Below, in pieces: positions 21,717 through 32,661 of a stretch of DNA of 64,000 bases. The stretch is from Escherichia coli (GTDB taxonomy: Bacteria; Pseudomonadota; Gammaproteobacteria; Enterobacterales; Enterobacteriaceae): NCBI RefSeq assembly GCF_013122565.1, contig NZ_CP053258.1. One strand, given 5' to 3'. Below the pieces are notes generated by a model, which ran no database searches, was not told where the DNA came from, and was given only the letters and a program-made list of their open reading frames with translations. The position numbers and the translations under genes were made by a program. Position 1 is the stretch's first letter. The number at the start of each line of letters is the position of its first letter.

Positions 21717-23570
21717 ATGAGACGATTTCTGACGACGCTGATGATACTCCTGGTCGTGCTGGTGGCCGGGTTATCTGCGTTAGTGTTGCTGGTGAATCCG
21801 AATGATTTCCGCGACTATATGGTCAAGCAAGTTGCTGCACGTAGCGGTTATCAATTGCAGCTCGACGGGCCACTGCGTTGGCACGTCTGGCCGCAACTTA
21901 GTATCCTCTCCGGGCGAATGTCTCTCACCGCCCAGGGCGCGAGCCAGCCACTGGTTCGCGCCGACAACATGCGTCTGGACGTGGCGCTTTTACCACTACT
22001 GAGTCATCAACTGAGCGTTAAGCAGGTGATGCTAAAAGGGGCAGTGATCCAACTGACGCCGCAGACGGAAGCGGTGCGCAGTGAAGACGCTCCGGTTGCA
22101 CCACGCGACAATACCTTGCCGGATCTGTCAGACGATCGCGGATGGTCGTTTGATATATCCAGTCTTAAGGTGGCGGACAGCGTTCTGGTGTTCCAGCATG
22201 AAGATGACGAGCAGGTGACAATCCGCAATATCCGCCTGCAAATGGAACAAGATCCCCAACATCGTGGCTCATTTGAGTTCTCCGGGCGGGTTAATCGCGA
22301 TCAGCGCGATCTCACGATATCCCTTAACGGTACGGTAGATGCTTCTGATTATCCGCATGATTTAACGGCGGCTATTGAACAAATTAACTGGCAGTTGCAG
22401 GGTGCCGATTTACCAAAACAAGGTATTCAGGGGCAAGGGAGTTTCCAGGCCCAGTGGCAGGAGTCACATAAACGCCTTTCATTTAACCAAATCAGCTTGA
22501 CCGCCAATGACAGTACGCTGAGCGGGCAAGCACAGGTCACGCTGACAGAGAAGCCGGAATGGCAGCTGAGACTGCAATTCCCGCAACTGAATCTTGACAA
22601 CCTCATCCCGCTTAATGAAACCGCGAATGGTGAAAACGGTGCCGCGCAGCAGGGGCAGAGCCAATCAACGTTGCCGCGCCCGGTTATTTCTTCGCGTATT
22701 GATGAACCGGCCTATCAGGGACTGCAAGGCTTTACGGCTGATATTTTGTTGCAAGCCAGTAACGTGCGCTGGCGCGGAATGAATTTTACAGATGTTGCCA
22801 CGCAAATGACCAACAAGTCGGGTTTGCTGGAAATTACTCAACTGCAGGGCAAGCTTAACGGTGGACAGGTTTCACTGCCGGGCACGCTGGACGCGACATC
22901 AATAAATCCGCGGATAAACTTCCAGCCACGGCTGGAAAACGTTGAGATTGGTACCATACTGAAGGCGTTTAACTATCCGATTTCGTTGACCGGAAAGATG
23001 TCACTGGCTGGTGATTTCTCCGGTGCTGACATAGATGCTGACGCATTCCGCCATAACTGGCAAGGACAGGCACATGTCGAAATGGCCGATACGCGCATGG
23101 AAGGGATGAACTTCCAGCAGATGATTCAGCAAGCGGTAGAACGTAATGGTGGTGATGTGAAGGCCGCTGAAAACTTCGATAACGTGACGCGTCTTGACCG
23201 CTTTACCACCGATTTGACGTTGAAGGATGGCATCGTGACGTTAAACGACATGCAAGGTCAATCGCCTGTGCTGGCGTTGACAGGGGAAGGCATATTGAAT
23301 CTGGCAGATCAAACCTGCGACACCCAGTTTGATATTCGGGTCGTGGGTGGCTGGAACGGGGAAAGTAAACTGATTGATTTCCTGAAAGAAACGCCAGTAC
23401 CGCTGCGGGTTTATGGCAACTGGCAGCAACTCAATTACAGTCTGCAAGTGGATCAGTTACTGCGCAAACATCTACAGGACGAAGCGAAACGTCGTCTGAA
23501 TGACTGGGCCGAGCGGAATAAAGATTCCCGCAATGGCAAAGATGTGAAGAAGTTGCTGGAGAAGATGTAG
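21717..23570 (+). CDS. asmA: Outer-membrane assembly protein AsmA (617 aa)
   Basis: 617-aa ORF with an N-terminal signal anchor (MRRFLTTLMILLVVLVAGLSALVLLV); position downstream of dcd. Confidence 0.85.
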   Translation: MRRFLTTLMILLVVLVAGLSALVLLVNPNDFRDYMVKQVAARSGYQLQLDGPLRWHVWPQLSILSGRMSLTAQGASQPLVRADNMRLDVALLPLLSHQLSVKQVMLKGAVIQLTPQTEAVRSEDAPVAPRDNTLPDLSDDRGWSFDISSLKVADSVLVFQHEDDEQVTIRNIRLQMEQDPQHRGSFEFSGRVNRDQRDLTISLNGTVDASDYPHDLTAAIEQINWQLQGADLPKQGIQGQGSFQAQWQESHKRLSFNQISLTANDSTLSGQAQVTLTEKPEWQLRLQFPQLNLDNLIPLNETANGENGAAQQGQSQSTLPRPVISSRIDEPAYQGLQGFTADILLQASNVRWRGMNFTDVATQMTNKSGLLEITQLQGKLNGGQVSLPGTLDATSINPRINFQPRLENVEIGTILKAFNYPISLTGKMSLAGDFSGADIDADAFRHNWQGQAHVEMADTRMEGMNFQQMIQQAVERNGGDVKAAENFDNVTRLDRFTTDLTLKDGIVTLNDMQGQSPVLALTGEGILNLADQTCDTQFDIRVVGGWNGESKLIDFLKETPVPLRVYGNWQQLNYSLQVDQLLRKHLQDEAKRRLNDWAERNKDSRNGKDVKKLLEKM

Positions 23571-23587
23571 GTTACCAGGTGATCTGT

Positions 23588-23627
23588 CCTGTAGGCCTGA
23601 TAAGACGCGTAAAGCGTCGCATCAGGC
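23588..23627. repeat. REP (repetitive extragenic palindrome) element
   Basis: CCTGTAGGCCTGATAAGACGCGTAAAGCGTCGCATCAGGC, a typical E. coli REP imperfect palindrome. Confidence 0.7.
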
Positions 23628-23986
23628 AATCACGTAGATTACTTTCAGCAAAGATGAATCATCAGTAAAAGCAAGATATTTCCGCGAGGGGGTTGGTCCG
23701 GCTGTAAATCGCCGAATCGTTTCCTGTAGGCCGGGGCAGCCCACATGGATGTGGGCTGAGGGCGCGTTTTACAGGGATGTTACCTCGCGCCCGTACCCGA
23801 TAGCCGAAAGGAATAAGATGAGGGAACCGCGCTAGCGGCGATTTACCGCCGGGAGCCCGGGTTGCCAGGGTGGTGGCGATTGAGCCACCCTGGCACGTTC
23901 ACCGACTTGAGCGTTCCATAGTAGCGAGGAACATAAAGTGAACGGAACAGCCTTCAATGTCACATACTCTCCCGGTTGAACGAAAC

Positions 23987-24024
23987 GCCTGATGCGACGC
24001 TTTACGCGTCTTATCAGGCCTACA
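23987..24024. repeat. REP element, inverted copy of the REP at 23588..23627
   Basis: GCCTGATGCGACGCTTTACGCGTCTTATCAGGCCTACA is almost exactly the reverse complement of the upstream REP, so the two form an inverted pair around a ~360-bp core. Confidence 0.7.
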
Positions 24025-24029
24025 TGCCA

Positions 24030-25613
24030 TCACACCTCGTACTCCATCTCGCCATCCTTACGCAGCGGAATAATTTGCACCTTCTGCACGCGATGGCTTT
24101 CCACCTGCAACGTTTTAAGCAAATAATCCCCCACCTGAACTTCTTCGCCAGGTTTTGGAATACGCTGTAAATATTCCATCAACAGCCCGGCAATGGTGTG
24201 ATATTCACGTTTTTCATCCAGCGGCAGCGGCACATATTGCACCAGATCTTCCAGCGGCATATGACCATTCGCCGTCCAGGAACCGTCCGCATTCTTCTGA
24301 ATATCATGGCGGGCGTCGATCTCTTCCACTTCGTTCGGTAAGTTACCGGCAATGGTTTCAGTGACGTCACTTAATGTCACAATCCCTTCCACCGAGCCAA
24401 ACTCATCCACCACAAAAGCAAAGTGTGTGCGGGCATTACGGAACTGCTCCAGGGCAGGTAACAACGGCAAGGTTTCCGGGAACACCAGCGGCTGGCGAAT
24501 CAACACCCGCAGGTTGAGCGGTTCGCCGCGCAGAGACTGTTGTAGCAGGTCGATAACGTGAACAACACCGAGCAAATCTTCTGCGTCATCACCGTCGGTA
24601 ACCACCAGCCGCGTATGCTGATTTCGCTCCAGCAACTGGCGGATCTCGTCTTCCGGCGCGTTGAGATCGATATGCTCAATATCGTGGCGCGACGTCATAA
24701 TGCTGCTGACGGTACGCTGGTTAAGATTAAGTACCCGCTCAATCATCCGCCGTTCCTGCGGATTAAAGATCTGCTGGTTACCATGATCCACCAGCATGGA
24801 CGCGGTTTCGGCGTCCAGTTCCGCATCCTCTTTTTGCCCGCTAAGCAGGCGCATTACCGCTTCGGTAGTCCGCTGGCGCAGCGTCTGGTTAGCGGAAAGA
24901 AAACGTCGCCGGTTAAAGATAGCCAACTGATTGAGCGCCTCGATCATCACCGAGAAACCAATGGCAGCATACAGGTAGCCTTTCGGAATGACGAAGCCGA
25001 AACCTTCTGCCACCAGGCTAAAGCCAATCATCAACAGGAAGCTTAAGCAGAGAATAACGATTGTCGGGTGACTGTTAACAAATTGCGTTAACGGCTTGCT
25101 GGCCATCAACATCAGGCTGATAGCGATAACCACGGCGGCCATCATGACCACTAAATGGTCGACCATCCCGACGGCGGTAATCACTGAGTCGAGTGAGAAG
25201 ATGGCGTCCAGTACCACAATTTGTGTCACCACCCCCCAGAACTTCGCACCTTTGCGTTGTGTGGGATTATTGCTGTCTTTCCCTTCCAGCCGTTCGTTCA
25301 GCTCCATCGTGGCTTTGAACAACAGGAAGAAACCACCAAACAGCATGATTAAGTCGCGGGCGCTAAAGGTAAACGAGCGGAAGCTGAACAGCGGTTGAGT
25401 CAGGGTGACCAGCCAGGAGATTGACGCCAGCAGTAACAGGCGCATTAACATCGCCAGCAGCAGCCCGGTAACCCGTGCGCGGTCGCGCTGCTTCGGCGGT
25501 AGTTTTTCGGCGAGGATGGCAATAAAGACCAGGTTATCAATGCCGAGGACCAGTTCGATCACAATCAGCGTGATTAACCCGGCCCAGATAGACGGATCGG
25601 CAATCCATTCCAT
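24030..25613 (-). CDS. yegH: TerC-family integral membrane protein with CBS/CorC domains, YegH (527 aa)
   Basis: Track ORF is 549 aa; I place the start at [21 protein letters not shown]..., giving 527 aa. N-terminal multi-TM region followed by a soluble C-terminal half. Confidence 0.8.
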   Translation of the reverse strand: MEWIADPSIWAGLITLIVIELVLGIDNLVFIAILAEKLPPKQRDRARVTGLLLAMLMRLLLLASISWLVTLTQPLFSFRSFTFSARDLIMLFGGFFLLFKATMELNERLEGKDSNNPTQRKGAKFWGVVTQIVVLDAIFSLDSVITAVGMVDHLVVMMAAVVIAISLMLMASKPLTQFVNSHPTIVILCLSFLLMIGFSLVAEGFGFVIPKGYLYAAIGFSVMIEALNQLAIFNRRRFLSANQTLRQRTTEAVMRLLSGQKEDAELDAETASMLVDHGNQQIFNPQERRMIERVLNLNQRTVSSIMTSRHDIEHIDLNAPEDEIRQLLERNQHTRLVVTDGDDAEDLLGVVHVIDLLQQSLRGEPLNLRVLIRQPLVFPETLPLLPALEQFRNARTHFAFVVDEFGSVEGIVTLSDVTETIAGNLPNEVEEIDARHDIQKNADGSWTANGHMPLEDLVQYVPLPLDEKREYHTIAGLLMEYLQRIPKPGEEVQVGDYLLKTLQVESHRVQKVQIIPLRKDGEMEYEV

Positions 25614-26053
25614 AGTAAGTACAAAACCTATTCGTTGTATGACAAATGTCACAATTCGATCATGGATAAATCGGGGCAAAAATGCAATGTTGCAGCACTA
25701 TTTATCTCATATTATTTGAGGGTAATAACCTCACATTATCCCTGAATTAAAAGTGGTAATAATAAACATTATTTAAGAAATATCGCATGTGGAGACGCAA
25801 TATTAAATATTGTCAACCTAAAGAAACTCCTAAAAACCATATTGAATGACACTTAATATAATTCTTAAAAATAGCCAATTGCCGAATTGTTACCTTGCCT
25901 GCTATTCCGTTAGCTGTAACACTTCCTCCTGCATTATTGGAGAGCCAATATTCAATTACCATAATGTCACCTTATATTCGGAAGTTAATTTCCGCAATAA
26001 CCCTTTCTCATCAACGATTGTATGCAGAGAGGGTTTGAAAAATTAAGCTAAAT

Positions 26054-26092
26054 CAGTGTATTGGTAGCTAAAAAGCCAGGGGCGGTAGCGTG
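26054..26092 (+). promoter_or_regulatory. JUMPstart element with ops site (GGCGGTAGCGTG) in the wza leader
   Basis: CAGTGTATTGGTAGCTAAAAAGCCAGGGGCGGTAGCGTG about 180 nt upstream of wza; the GGCGGTAG core is the RfaH-recruiting ops motif. Confidence 0.8.
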
Positions 26093-26270
26093 TCTGGATG
26101 CCTGAAAGACCAGTCTGAATTATTCTGTCAATAGCCTGCGGATGAAATCAATTTTTTTAGGACTGATGCCAGTTAAATTTTTATTCAATTAACTGCAAGG
26201 TAAATGTGCATGGCGACATTGCTATTAATAGTGCACAGGATAATTACTCTGCCAAAGTGATAAATAAACA

Positions 26271-27410
26271 ATGATGAAATCCAAAATGAAATTGATGCCA
26301 TTATTGGTGTCAGTAACCTTGATAAGCGGTTGCACAGTACTTCCGGGCAGCAATATGTCGACGATGGGGAAAGACGTCATCAAACAGCAGGACGCTGATT
26401 TCGATCTCGACAAAATGGTGAATGTTTATCCGCTGACCCCGCGCCTGATTGACCAATTACGCCCACGACCCAACGTAGCGCGCCCCAATATGACGCTGGA
26501 AAGCGAGATCGCGAATTACCAGTATCGCGTCGGGCCGGGGGACGTTCTTAATGTCACCGTCTGGGATCACCCGGAACTCACCACGCCAGCCGGTCAGTAC
26601 CGCAGCTCCAGCGACACCGGCAACTGGGTACAGCCTGACGGCACTATGTTTTACCCGTATATCGGCAAGGTCCACGTAGTCGGGAAAACGCTCGCTGAAA
26701 TCCGCAGTGATATTACCGGGCGCTTAGCGACGTACATCGCTGACCCGCAGGTGGACGTTAATATCGCCGCCTTCCGCTCACAAAAGGCCTATATCTCAGG
26801 TCAGGTGAATAAATCTGGTCAACAGGCGATCACCAACGTACCACTGACCATTCTCGACGCCATCAACGCCGCAGGTGGCCTGACCGACACCGCTGACTGG
26901 CGCAACGTGGTGCTAACACACAATGGTCGTGAAGAGCGCATTTCTTTGCAGGCGCTGATGCAAAACGGCGACCTCAACCAGAATCGCCTGCTTTACCCCG
27001 GCGATATTCTCTACGTGCCACGTAATGATGATCTGAAAGTATTTGTGATGGGTGAAGTGAAGAAACAGAGCACCCTGAAAATGGACTTTAGCGGCATGAC
27101 CCTGACTGAAGCTCTGGGCAATGCCGAAGGTATCGACATGACCACCTCCAACGCCAGCGGTATCTTTGTCATTCGTCCGTTGAAAGGCGAGGGCGGGCGT
27201 AACGGCAAGATTGCCAATATCTACCAGCTGGATATGTCCGATGCCACGTCGCTGGTGATGGCGACAGAATTCCGCCTGCAACCTTATGACGTGGTATATG
27301 TCACCACCGCCCCGGTTTCCCGCTGGAACCGTCTGATCAATCAGTTGCTGCCAACTATTAGCGGTGTCCGTTACATGACGGATACAGCCAGCGACATTCA
27401 TAACTGGTAA
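26271..27410 (+). CDS. wza: Outer-membrane polysaccharide export lipoprotein Wza (379 aa)
   Basis: 379-aa ORF with a lipoprotein signal ([21 protein letters not shown]); first gene of the colanic acid cluster. Confidence 0.9.
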   Translation: MMKSKMKLMPLLVSVTLISGCTVLPGSNMSTMGKDVIKQQDADFDLDKMVNVYPLTPRLIDQLRPRPNVARPNMTLESEIANYQYRVGPGDVLNVTVWDHPELTTPAGQYRSSSDTGNWVQPDGTMFYPYIGKVHVVGKTLAEIRSDITGRLATYIADPQVDVNIAAFRSQKAYISGQVNKSGQQAITNVPLTILDAINAAGGLTDTADWRNVVLTHNGREERISLQALMQNGDLNQNRLLYPGDILYVPRNDDLKVFVMGEVKKQSTLKMDFSGMTLTEALGNAEGIDMTTSNASGIFVIRPLKGEGGRNGKIANIYQLDMSDATSLVMATEFRLQPYDVVYVTTAPVSRWNRLINQLLPTISGVRYMTDTASDIHNW

Positions 27411-27415
27411 TCGTC

Positions 27416-27859
27416 ATGTTTAACAACATCTTAGTTGTCTGTGTCGGCAATATTTGCCGCTCCCCGACGGCGGAACGCTTACTGCAACGTTATCACCCGG
27501 AGCTGAAAGTGGAGTCCGCTGGACTCGGCGCGCTGGTCGGTAAGGGCGCTGATCCTACCGCTATCAGCGTCGCCGCAGAACATCAACTGTCTCTGGAAGG
27601 TCACTGTGCCCGTCAAATCAGCCGCCGTCTGTGTCGCAACTACGACCTGATTTTGACCATGGAAAAGCGCCATATCGAACGCTTATGCGAGATGGCACCG
27701 GAGATGCGCGGCAAAGTGATGCTGTTTGGTCACTGGGATAACCAATGTGAAATCCCCGATCCGTATCGCAAAAGCCGGGAAACGTTTGCAGCGGTGTACA
27801 CATTACTTGAACGGTCTGCCCGCCAGTGGGCGCAGGCATTGAACGCAGAGCAGGTATAA
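27416..27859 (+). CDS. wzb: Low-molecular-weight protein-tyrosine phosphatase Wzb (147 aa)
   Basis: 147-aa ORF with the LMW-PTP active-site motif (CVGNICRSP). Confidence 0.9.
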   Translation: MFNNILVVCVGNICRSPTAERLLQRYHPELKVESAGLGALVGKGADPTAISVAAEHQLSLEGHCARQISRRLCRNYDLILTMEKRHIERLCEMAPEMRGKVMLFGHWDNQCEIPDPYRKSRETFAAVYTLLERSARQWAQALNAEQV

Positions 27860-27861
27860 GA

Positions 27862-30024
27862 ATGACAGAAAAAGTAAAACAACATGCCGCTCCGGTAACG
27901 GGCAGTGATGAAATCGATATTGGTCGCCTGGTCGGCACCGTCATTGAAGCGCGCTGGTGGGTGATTGGCATCACCGCTGTATTCGCCCTTTGTGCCGTGG
28001 TTTACACCTTCTTCGCCACGCCGATTTATAGTGCCGACGCACTGGTACAAATCGAGCAAAGCAGCGGCAATTCGTTAGTGCAGGATATCGGATCGGCGTT
28101 AGCCAACAAACCGCCTGCATCGGACGCCGAGATCCAGTTGATTCGTTCGCGCCTGGTGCTTGGTAAAACGGTGGACGATCTCGACCTCGATATTGCGGTG
28201 AGCAAAAACACGTTCCCGATTTTCGGGGCGGGCTGGGATCGCCTGATGGGGCGTCAGAACGAGACGGTGAAAGTGACTACCTTTAACCGCCCGAAAGAGA
28301 TGGCGGACCAGGTGTTTACGCTTAATGTGCTGGACAATAAAAACTACACCCTGAGCAGCGATGGCGGCTTTAGTGCCCGTGGGCAAGCGGGCCAGATGCT
28401 GAAAAAAGAAGGCGTCACGCTGATGGTTGAAGCCATTCACGCCAGCCCGGGCAGTGAGTTTACCGTCACCAAATACTCCACGCTGGGGATGATCAACCAA
28501 CTGCAAAACAGCCTGACGGTAACGGAGAACGGCAAAGACGCAGGCGTACTGAGCCTGACTTATACCGGTGAAGATCGCGAACAGATCCGCGACATTCTTA
28601 ACAGCATCGCTCGTAACTATCAGGAACAAAATATTGAGCGCAAATCGGCGGAAGCGTCGAAAAGCCTCGCTTTCCTCGCGCAACAGTTACCGGAAGTACG
28701 CAGCCGCCTTGATGTTGCCGAAAACAAACTGAATGCCTTCCGTCAGGATAAAGATTCTGTTGATCTGCCGCTGGAAGCGAAAGCGGTGCTCGATTCGATG
28801 GTGAACATCGACGCACAGTTGAACGAACTGACCTTTAAAGAAGCGGAAATCTCCAAGCTGTTCACCAAAGTTCATCCGGCGTACCGCACGCTGTTGGAGA
28901 AACGTCAGGCGCTGGAAGACGAAAAAGCCAAACTTAACGGTCGCGTAACGGCGATGCCGAAAACCCAGCAGGAAATTGTCCGTCTGACCCGCGATGTCGA
29001 GTCTGGTCAACAGGTCTATATGCAACTGCTGAATAAAGAGCAAGAGCTGAAAATCACCGAAGCCAGCACCGTCGGCGATGTGCGCATTGTTGACCCGGCA
29101 ATCACCCAGCCTGGCGTGCTAAAACCGAAGAAAGGGCTGATTATCCTTGGGGCGATTATCCTCGGCCTGATGCTTTCTATCGTGGGTGTACTGCTGCGCT
29201 CGTTGTTTAATCGCGGTATTGAAAGCCCGCAAGTGCTGGAAGAACACGGAATCAGCGTCTATGCCAGCATCCCGCTGTCGGAATGGCAGAAAGCGCGCGA
29301 TAGCGTCAAAACCATCAAAGGGATTAAACGCTATAAACAGAGCCAGCTACTGGCGGTGGGGAATCCAACCGATCTGGCGATTGAAGCCATCCGCAGTCTG
29401 CGTACCAGTTTGCACTTCGCGATGATGCAGGCGCAGAACAATGTGTTGATGATGACCGGGGTTAGCCCGTCAATCGGTAAAACCTTTGTCTGCGCCAACC
29501 TGGCGGCGGTGATCAGCCAGACCAATAAACGCGTGTTGTTGATCGACTGCGATATGCGCAAAGGCTACACCCACGAGCTGTTGGGCACCAATAACGTCAA
29601 TGGGCTGTCGGAAATTCTGATTGGTCAGGGCGATATTACTACCGCTGCTAAACCGACCTCTATTGCCAAATTTGACCTGATCCCGCGCGGTCAGGTACCG
29701 CCAAATCCTTCTGAACTGTTGATGAGCGAACGCTTTGCCGAACTGGTGAACTGGGCGAGTAAAAACTACGACCTGGTGTTGATTGATACGCCGCCGATTC
29801 TGGCAGTGACCGATGCGGCAATTGTTGGTCGTCATGTCGGAACGACGTTAATGGTGGCGCGTTATGCGGTCAACACATTGAAAGAAGTGGAAACCAGTCT
29901 GAGCCGCTTTGAGCAAAATGGTATTCCGGTGAAAGGGGTGATTCTGAACTCCATCTTCCGCCGCGCCAGCGCGTATCAGGATTATGGCTATTACGAATAC
30001 GAATATAAGTCGGATGCGAAATAA
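27862..30024 (+). CDS. wzc: Tyrosine autokinase / polysaccharide co-polymerase Wzc (720 aa)
   Basis: Track ORF is 732 aa; start placed at the ATG at 27862 (MTEKVKQHAAPVTG...). Has a Walker A motif (SPSIGKTF) and a C-terminal Tyr-rich tail (YQDYGYYEYEYKSD). Confidence 0.9.
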   Translation: MTEKVKQHAAPVTGSDEIDIGRLVGTVIEARWWVIGITAVFALCAVVYTFFATPIYSADALVQIEQSSGNSLVQDIGSALANKPPASDAEIQLIRSRLVLGKTVDDLDLDIAVSKNTFPIFGAGWDRLMGRQNETVKVTTFNRPKEMADQVFTLNVLDNKNYTLSSDGGFSARGQAGQMLKKEGVTLMVEAIHASPGSEFTVTKYSTLGMINQLQNSLTVTENGKDAGVLSLTYTGEDREQIRDILNSIARNYQEQNIERKSAEASKSLAFLAQQLPEVRSRLDVAENKLNAFRQDKDSVDLPLEAKAVLDSMVNIDAQLNELTFKEAEISKLFTKVHPAYRTLLEKRQALEDEKAKLNGRVTAMPKTQQEIVRLTRDVESGQQVYMQLLNKEQELKITEASTVGDVRIVDPAITQPGVLKPKKGLIILGAIILGLMLSIVGVLLRSLFNRGIESPQVLEEHGISVYASIPLSEWQKARDSVKTIKGIKRYKQSQLLAVGNPTDLAIEAIRSLRTSLHFAMMQAQNNVLMMTGVSPSIGKTFVCANLAAVISQTNKRVLLIDCDMRKGYTHELLGTNNVNGLSEILIGQGDITTAAKPTSIAKFDLIPRGQVPPNPSELLMSERFAELVNWASKNYDLVLIDTPPILAVTDAAIVGRHVGTTLMVARYAVNTLKEVETSLSRFEQNGIPVKGVILNSIFRRASAYQDYGYYEYEYKSDAK

Positions 30025-30116
30025 CGACGCCTGCATTCGCACCGCCCCGTAAGCCGGATAAGGCGCTCACGCCGCATCCGGCAAGCAAACCAGCTCATAA
30101 GCCGGGAGAACAACCT

Positions 30117-30956
30117 ATGAAAGACAATCCGCTGATCTCAATCTATATGCCGACCTGGAACCGCCAACAACTGGCGATTCGGGCGATAAAATCGGTCCTG
30201 CGCCAGGACTACAGTAACTGGGAGATGATCATCGTGGATGATTGCTCCACCTCCTGGGAACAACTGCAACAGTACGTCAGCGCCCTCAACGATCCGCGTA
30301 TCACTTACATTCACAACGACATTAACAGCGGGGCGTGCGCGGTACGTAACCAGGCGATTATGCTGGCGCAAGGGGAATACATCACCGGGATCGATGATGA
30401 TGATGAATGGACACCCAACCGTCTGAGCGTCTTCCTCGCCCATAAACAGCAACTGGTCACACACGCCTTTTTGTACGCTAACGACTACGTTTGCCAGGGC
30501 GAAGTCTATTCCCAACCGGCAAGTTTGCCACTGTATCCCAAATCGCCGTACTCACGCCGCCTGTTCTATAAACGCAATATCATTGGCAATCAGGTCTTTA
30601 CCTGGGCGTGGCGTTTCAAAGAGTGTTTGTTCGATACCGAACTGAAAGCGGCACAGGATTACGACATCTTCCTGCGGATGGTGGTGGAGTATGGCGAACC
30701 GTGGAAAGTGGAAGAGGCGACGCAGATCCTGCATATCAATCACGGTGAAATGCAGATCACCTCGTCACCGAAAAAATTCTCCGGATACTTCCACTTTTAC
30801 CGCAAGCACAAAGATAAATTTGACCGCGCCAGCAAAAAATATCAGCTGTTTACCCTCTACCAGATCCGCAATAAACGTATGACCTGGCGCACTTTGCTGA
30901 CGCTGCTGTCGGTGCGTAACGGCAAACGTCTGGCTGATGGTATTCGGGGGCGCTAA
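30117..30956 (+). CDS. wcaA: Colanic acid glycosyltransferase WcaA (GT2 family, 279 aa)
   Basis: 279-aa ORF with GT2 N-terminus (ISIYMPTWNRQQLAIRAIKSV...IIVDDCS). Confidence 0.85.
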   Translation: MKDNPLISIYMPTWNRQQLAIRAIKSVLRQDYSNWEMIIVDDCSTSWEQLQQYVSALNDPRITYIHNDINSGACAVRNQAIMLAQGEYITGIDDDDEWTPNRLSVFLAHKQQLVTHAFLYANDYVCQGEVYSQPASLPLYPKSPYSRRLFYKRNIIGNQVFTWAWRFKECLFDTELKAAQDYDIFLRMVVEYGEPWKVEEATQILHINHGEMQITSSPKKFSGYFHFYRKHKDKFDRASKKYQLFTLYQIRNKRMTWRTLLTLLSVRNGKRLADGIRGR

Positions 30957-30958
30957 AG

Positions 30959-31447
30959 ATGCTGGAAGATCTGCGCGCCAACAGCTGGAGTTTACGCCCG
31001 TGCTGCATGGTTCTTGCCTATCGCGTCGCTCATTTTTGTTCGGTGTGGCGCAAAAAGAACGTCCTCAACAATATTTGGGCGGCCCCGCTGCTGGTGCTGT
31101 ATCGCATTATCACCGAATGCTTTTTCGGTTATGAAATCCAGGCTGCCGCGACCATTGGCCGCCGCTTTACTATCCATCACGGTTACGCCGTAGTGATCAA
31201 TAAAAACGTGGTTGCGGGGGATGATTTCACCATTCGCCATGGCGTCACTATCGGCAATCGTGGTGCCGATAACATGGCATGTCCACACATTGGCAACGGC
31301 GTCGAACTCGGTGCCAACGTCATTATTCTTGGTGATATCACGCTTGGTAACAACGTCACCGTGGGCGCGGGCAGCGTGGTGCTCGACTCTGTCCCGGACA
31401 ACGCGCTGGTGGTGGGAGAAAAAGCGCGAGTGAAGGTAATTAAATGA
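30959..31447 (+). CDS. wcaB: Colanic acid acetyltransferase WcaB (162 aa)
   Basis: 162-aa ORF with hexapeptide-repeat acyltransferase features (IGNGVELGANVIILGDITLGNNVTVGAG). Confidence 0.85.
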   Translation: MLEDLRANSWSLRPCCMVLAYRVAHFCSVWRKKNVLNNIWAAPLLVLYRIITECFFGYEIQAAATIGRRFTIHHGYAVVINKNVVAGDDFTIRHGVTIGNRGADNMACPHIGNGVELGANVIILGDITLGNNVTVGAGSVVLDSVPDNALVVGEKARVKVIK

Positions 31448-32661
31448 ATATTCTGCAATTTAATGTGCGACTGGCGGAAGGCGGGGCAGCAGGTGTGGCG
31501 TTAGATCTCCACCAGCGTGCGCTGCAACAGGGGCTGGCGTCACATTTTGTCTACGGCTACGGCAAAGGCGGCAAAGAGAGCGTCAGCCATCAGAACTATC
31601 CGCAGGTCATCAAACATACGCCGCGGATGACCGCGATGGCGAACATTGCCCTGTTTCGTCTGTTTAATCGCGATCTGTTTGGCAATTTCAATGAGTTATA
31701 TCGCACCATTACTCGCACACCGGGTCCGGTGGTCCTGCATTTTCATGTGCTGCACAGCTACTGGTTGAATCTTAAGAGCGTGGTGCGCTTTTGCGAAAAA
31801 GTGAAAAACCATAAACCGGATATCACTCTGGTCTGGACGTTACACGATCACTGGAGCGTTACCGGACGCTGCGCCTTTACCGACGGTTGCGAAGGCTGGA
31901 AAACGGGCTGCCAGAAATGCCCGACCTTAAATAACTATCCGCCGGTGAAGATTGATCGCGCGCACCAGCTGGTGGCGGGCAAACGCCAGTTATTCCGCGA
32001 GATGCTGGCGCTGGGCTGTCAGTTTATTTCCCCCAGCCAGCATGTGGCTGACGCTTTCAATAGTCTGTACGGGCCAGGGCGTTGCCGGATTATCAATAAT
32101 GGTATTGATATGGCAACCGAAGCGATTCTGGCGGACTTGCCTCCGGTGCGCGAAACCCAGGGCAAGCCGAAAATCGCGGTGGTGGCGCATGACCTGCGTT
32201 ACGACGGCAAGACTAACCAGCAACTGGTGCGTGAGATGATGGCGCTGGGCGACAAAATTGAACTGCATACCTTTGGTAAGTTCTCGCCGTTCACCGCTGG
32301 CAACGTGGTCAATCACGGCTTTGAAACCGACAAACGTAAGCTGATGAGCGCGCTCAATCAGATGGATGCGCTGGTGTTCAGTTCTCGTGTCGATAACTAC
32401 CCACTGATTTTGTGTGAGGCGTTATCAATTGGCGTGCCGGTGATTGCCACCCATAGCGACGCGGCGCGTGAAGTGTTGCAAAAATCCGGCGGTAAAACCG
32501 TCAGCGAAGAAGACGTGCTGCAACTGGTCCAGTTAAGCAAACCGGAAATCGCGCAGGCGATATTTGGTACCACACTGGCTGAGTTCAGCCAACGCAGCCG
32601 CGCCGCCTACAGTGGACAACAGATGCTGGAGGAGTATGTCAACTTCTATCAGAATCTGTAG
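31444..32661 (+). CDS. wcaC: Colanic acid glycosyltransferase WcaC (405 aa)
   Basis: 405-aa ORF, GT1-like; order in the cluster. Confidence 0.85.
   Translation: MNILQFNVRLAEGGAAGVALDLHQRALQQGLASHFVYGYGKGGKESVSHQNYPQVIKHTPRMTAMANIALFRLFNRDLFGNFNELYRTITRTPGPVVLHFHVLHSYWLNLKSVVRFCEKVKNHKPDITLVWTLHDHWSVTGRCAFTDGCEGWKTGCQKCPTLNNYPPVKIDRAHQLVAGKRQLFREMLALGCQFISPSQHVADAFNSLYGPGRCRIINNGIDMATEAILADLPPVRETQGKPKIAVVAHDLRYDGKTNQQLVREMMALGDKIELHTFGKFSPFTAGNVVNHGFETDKRKLMSALNQMDALVFSSRVDNYPLILCEALSIGVPVIATHSDAAREVLQKSGGKTVSEEDVLQLVQLSKPEIAQAIFGTTLAEFSQRSRAAYSGQQMLEEYVNFYQNL

Noticed and set aside
25700-26050. Searched for an RcsAB box (TaAGaatatTCctA) upstream of wza
   Set aside because: The best candidate (TAAGAAATATCGCA near 25773) matches only about 9 of 14 positions, so I could not place the site confidently.
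30138-30515. Numerous 60-200 aa ORFs overlapping the colanic acid genes on the opposite strand or in other frames
   Set aside because: All are embedded in well-supported cps genes and show no recognisable motifs or ribosome-binding sites.
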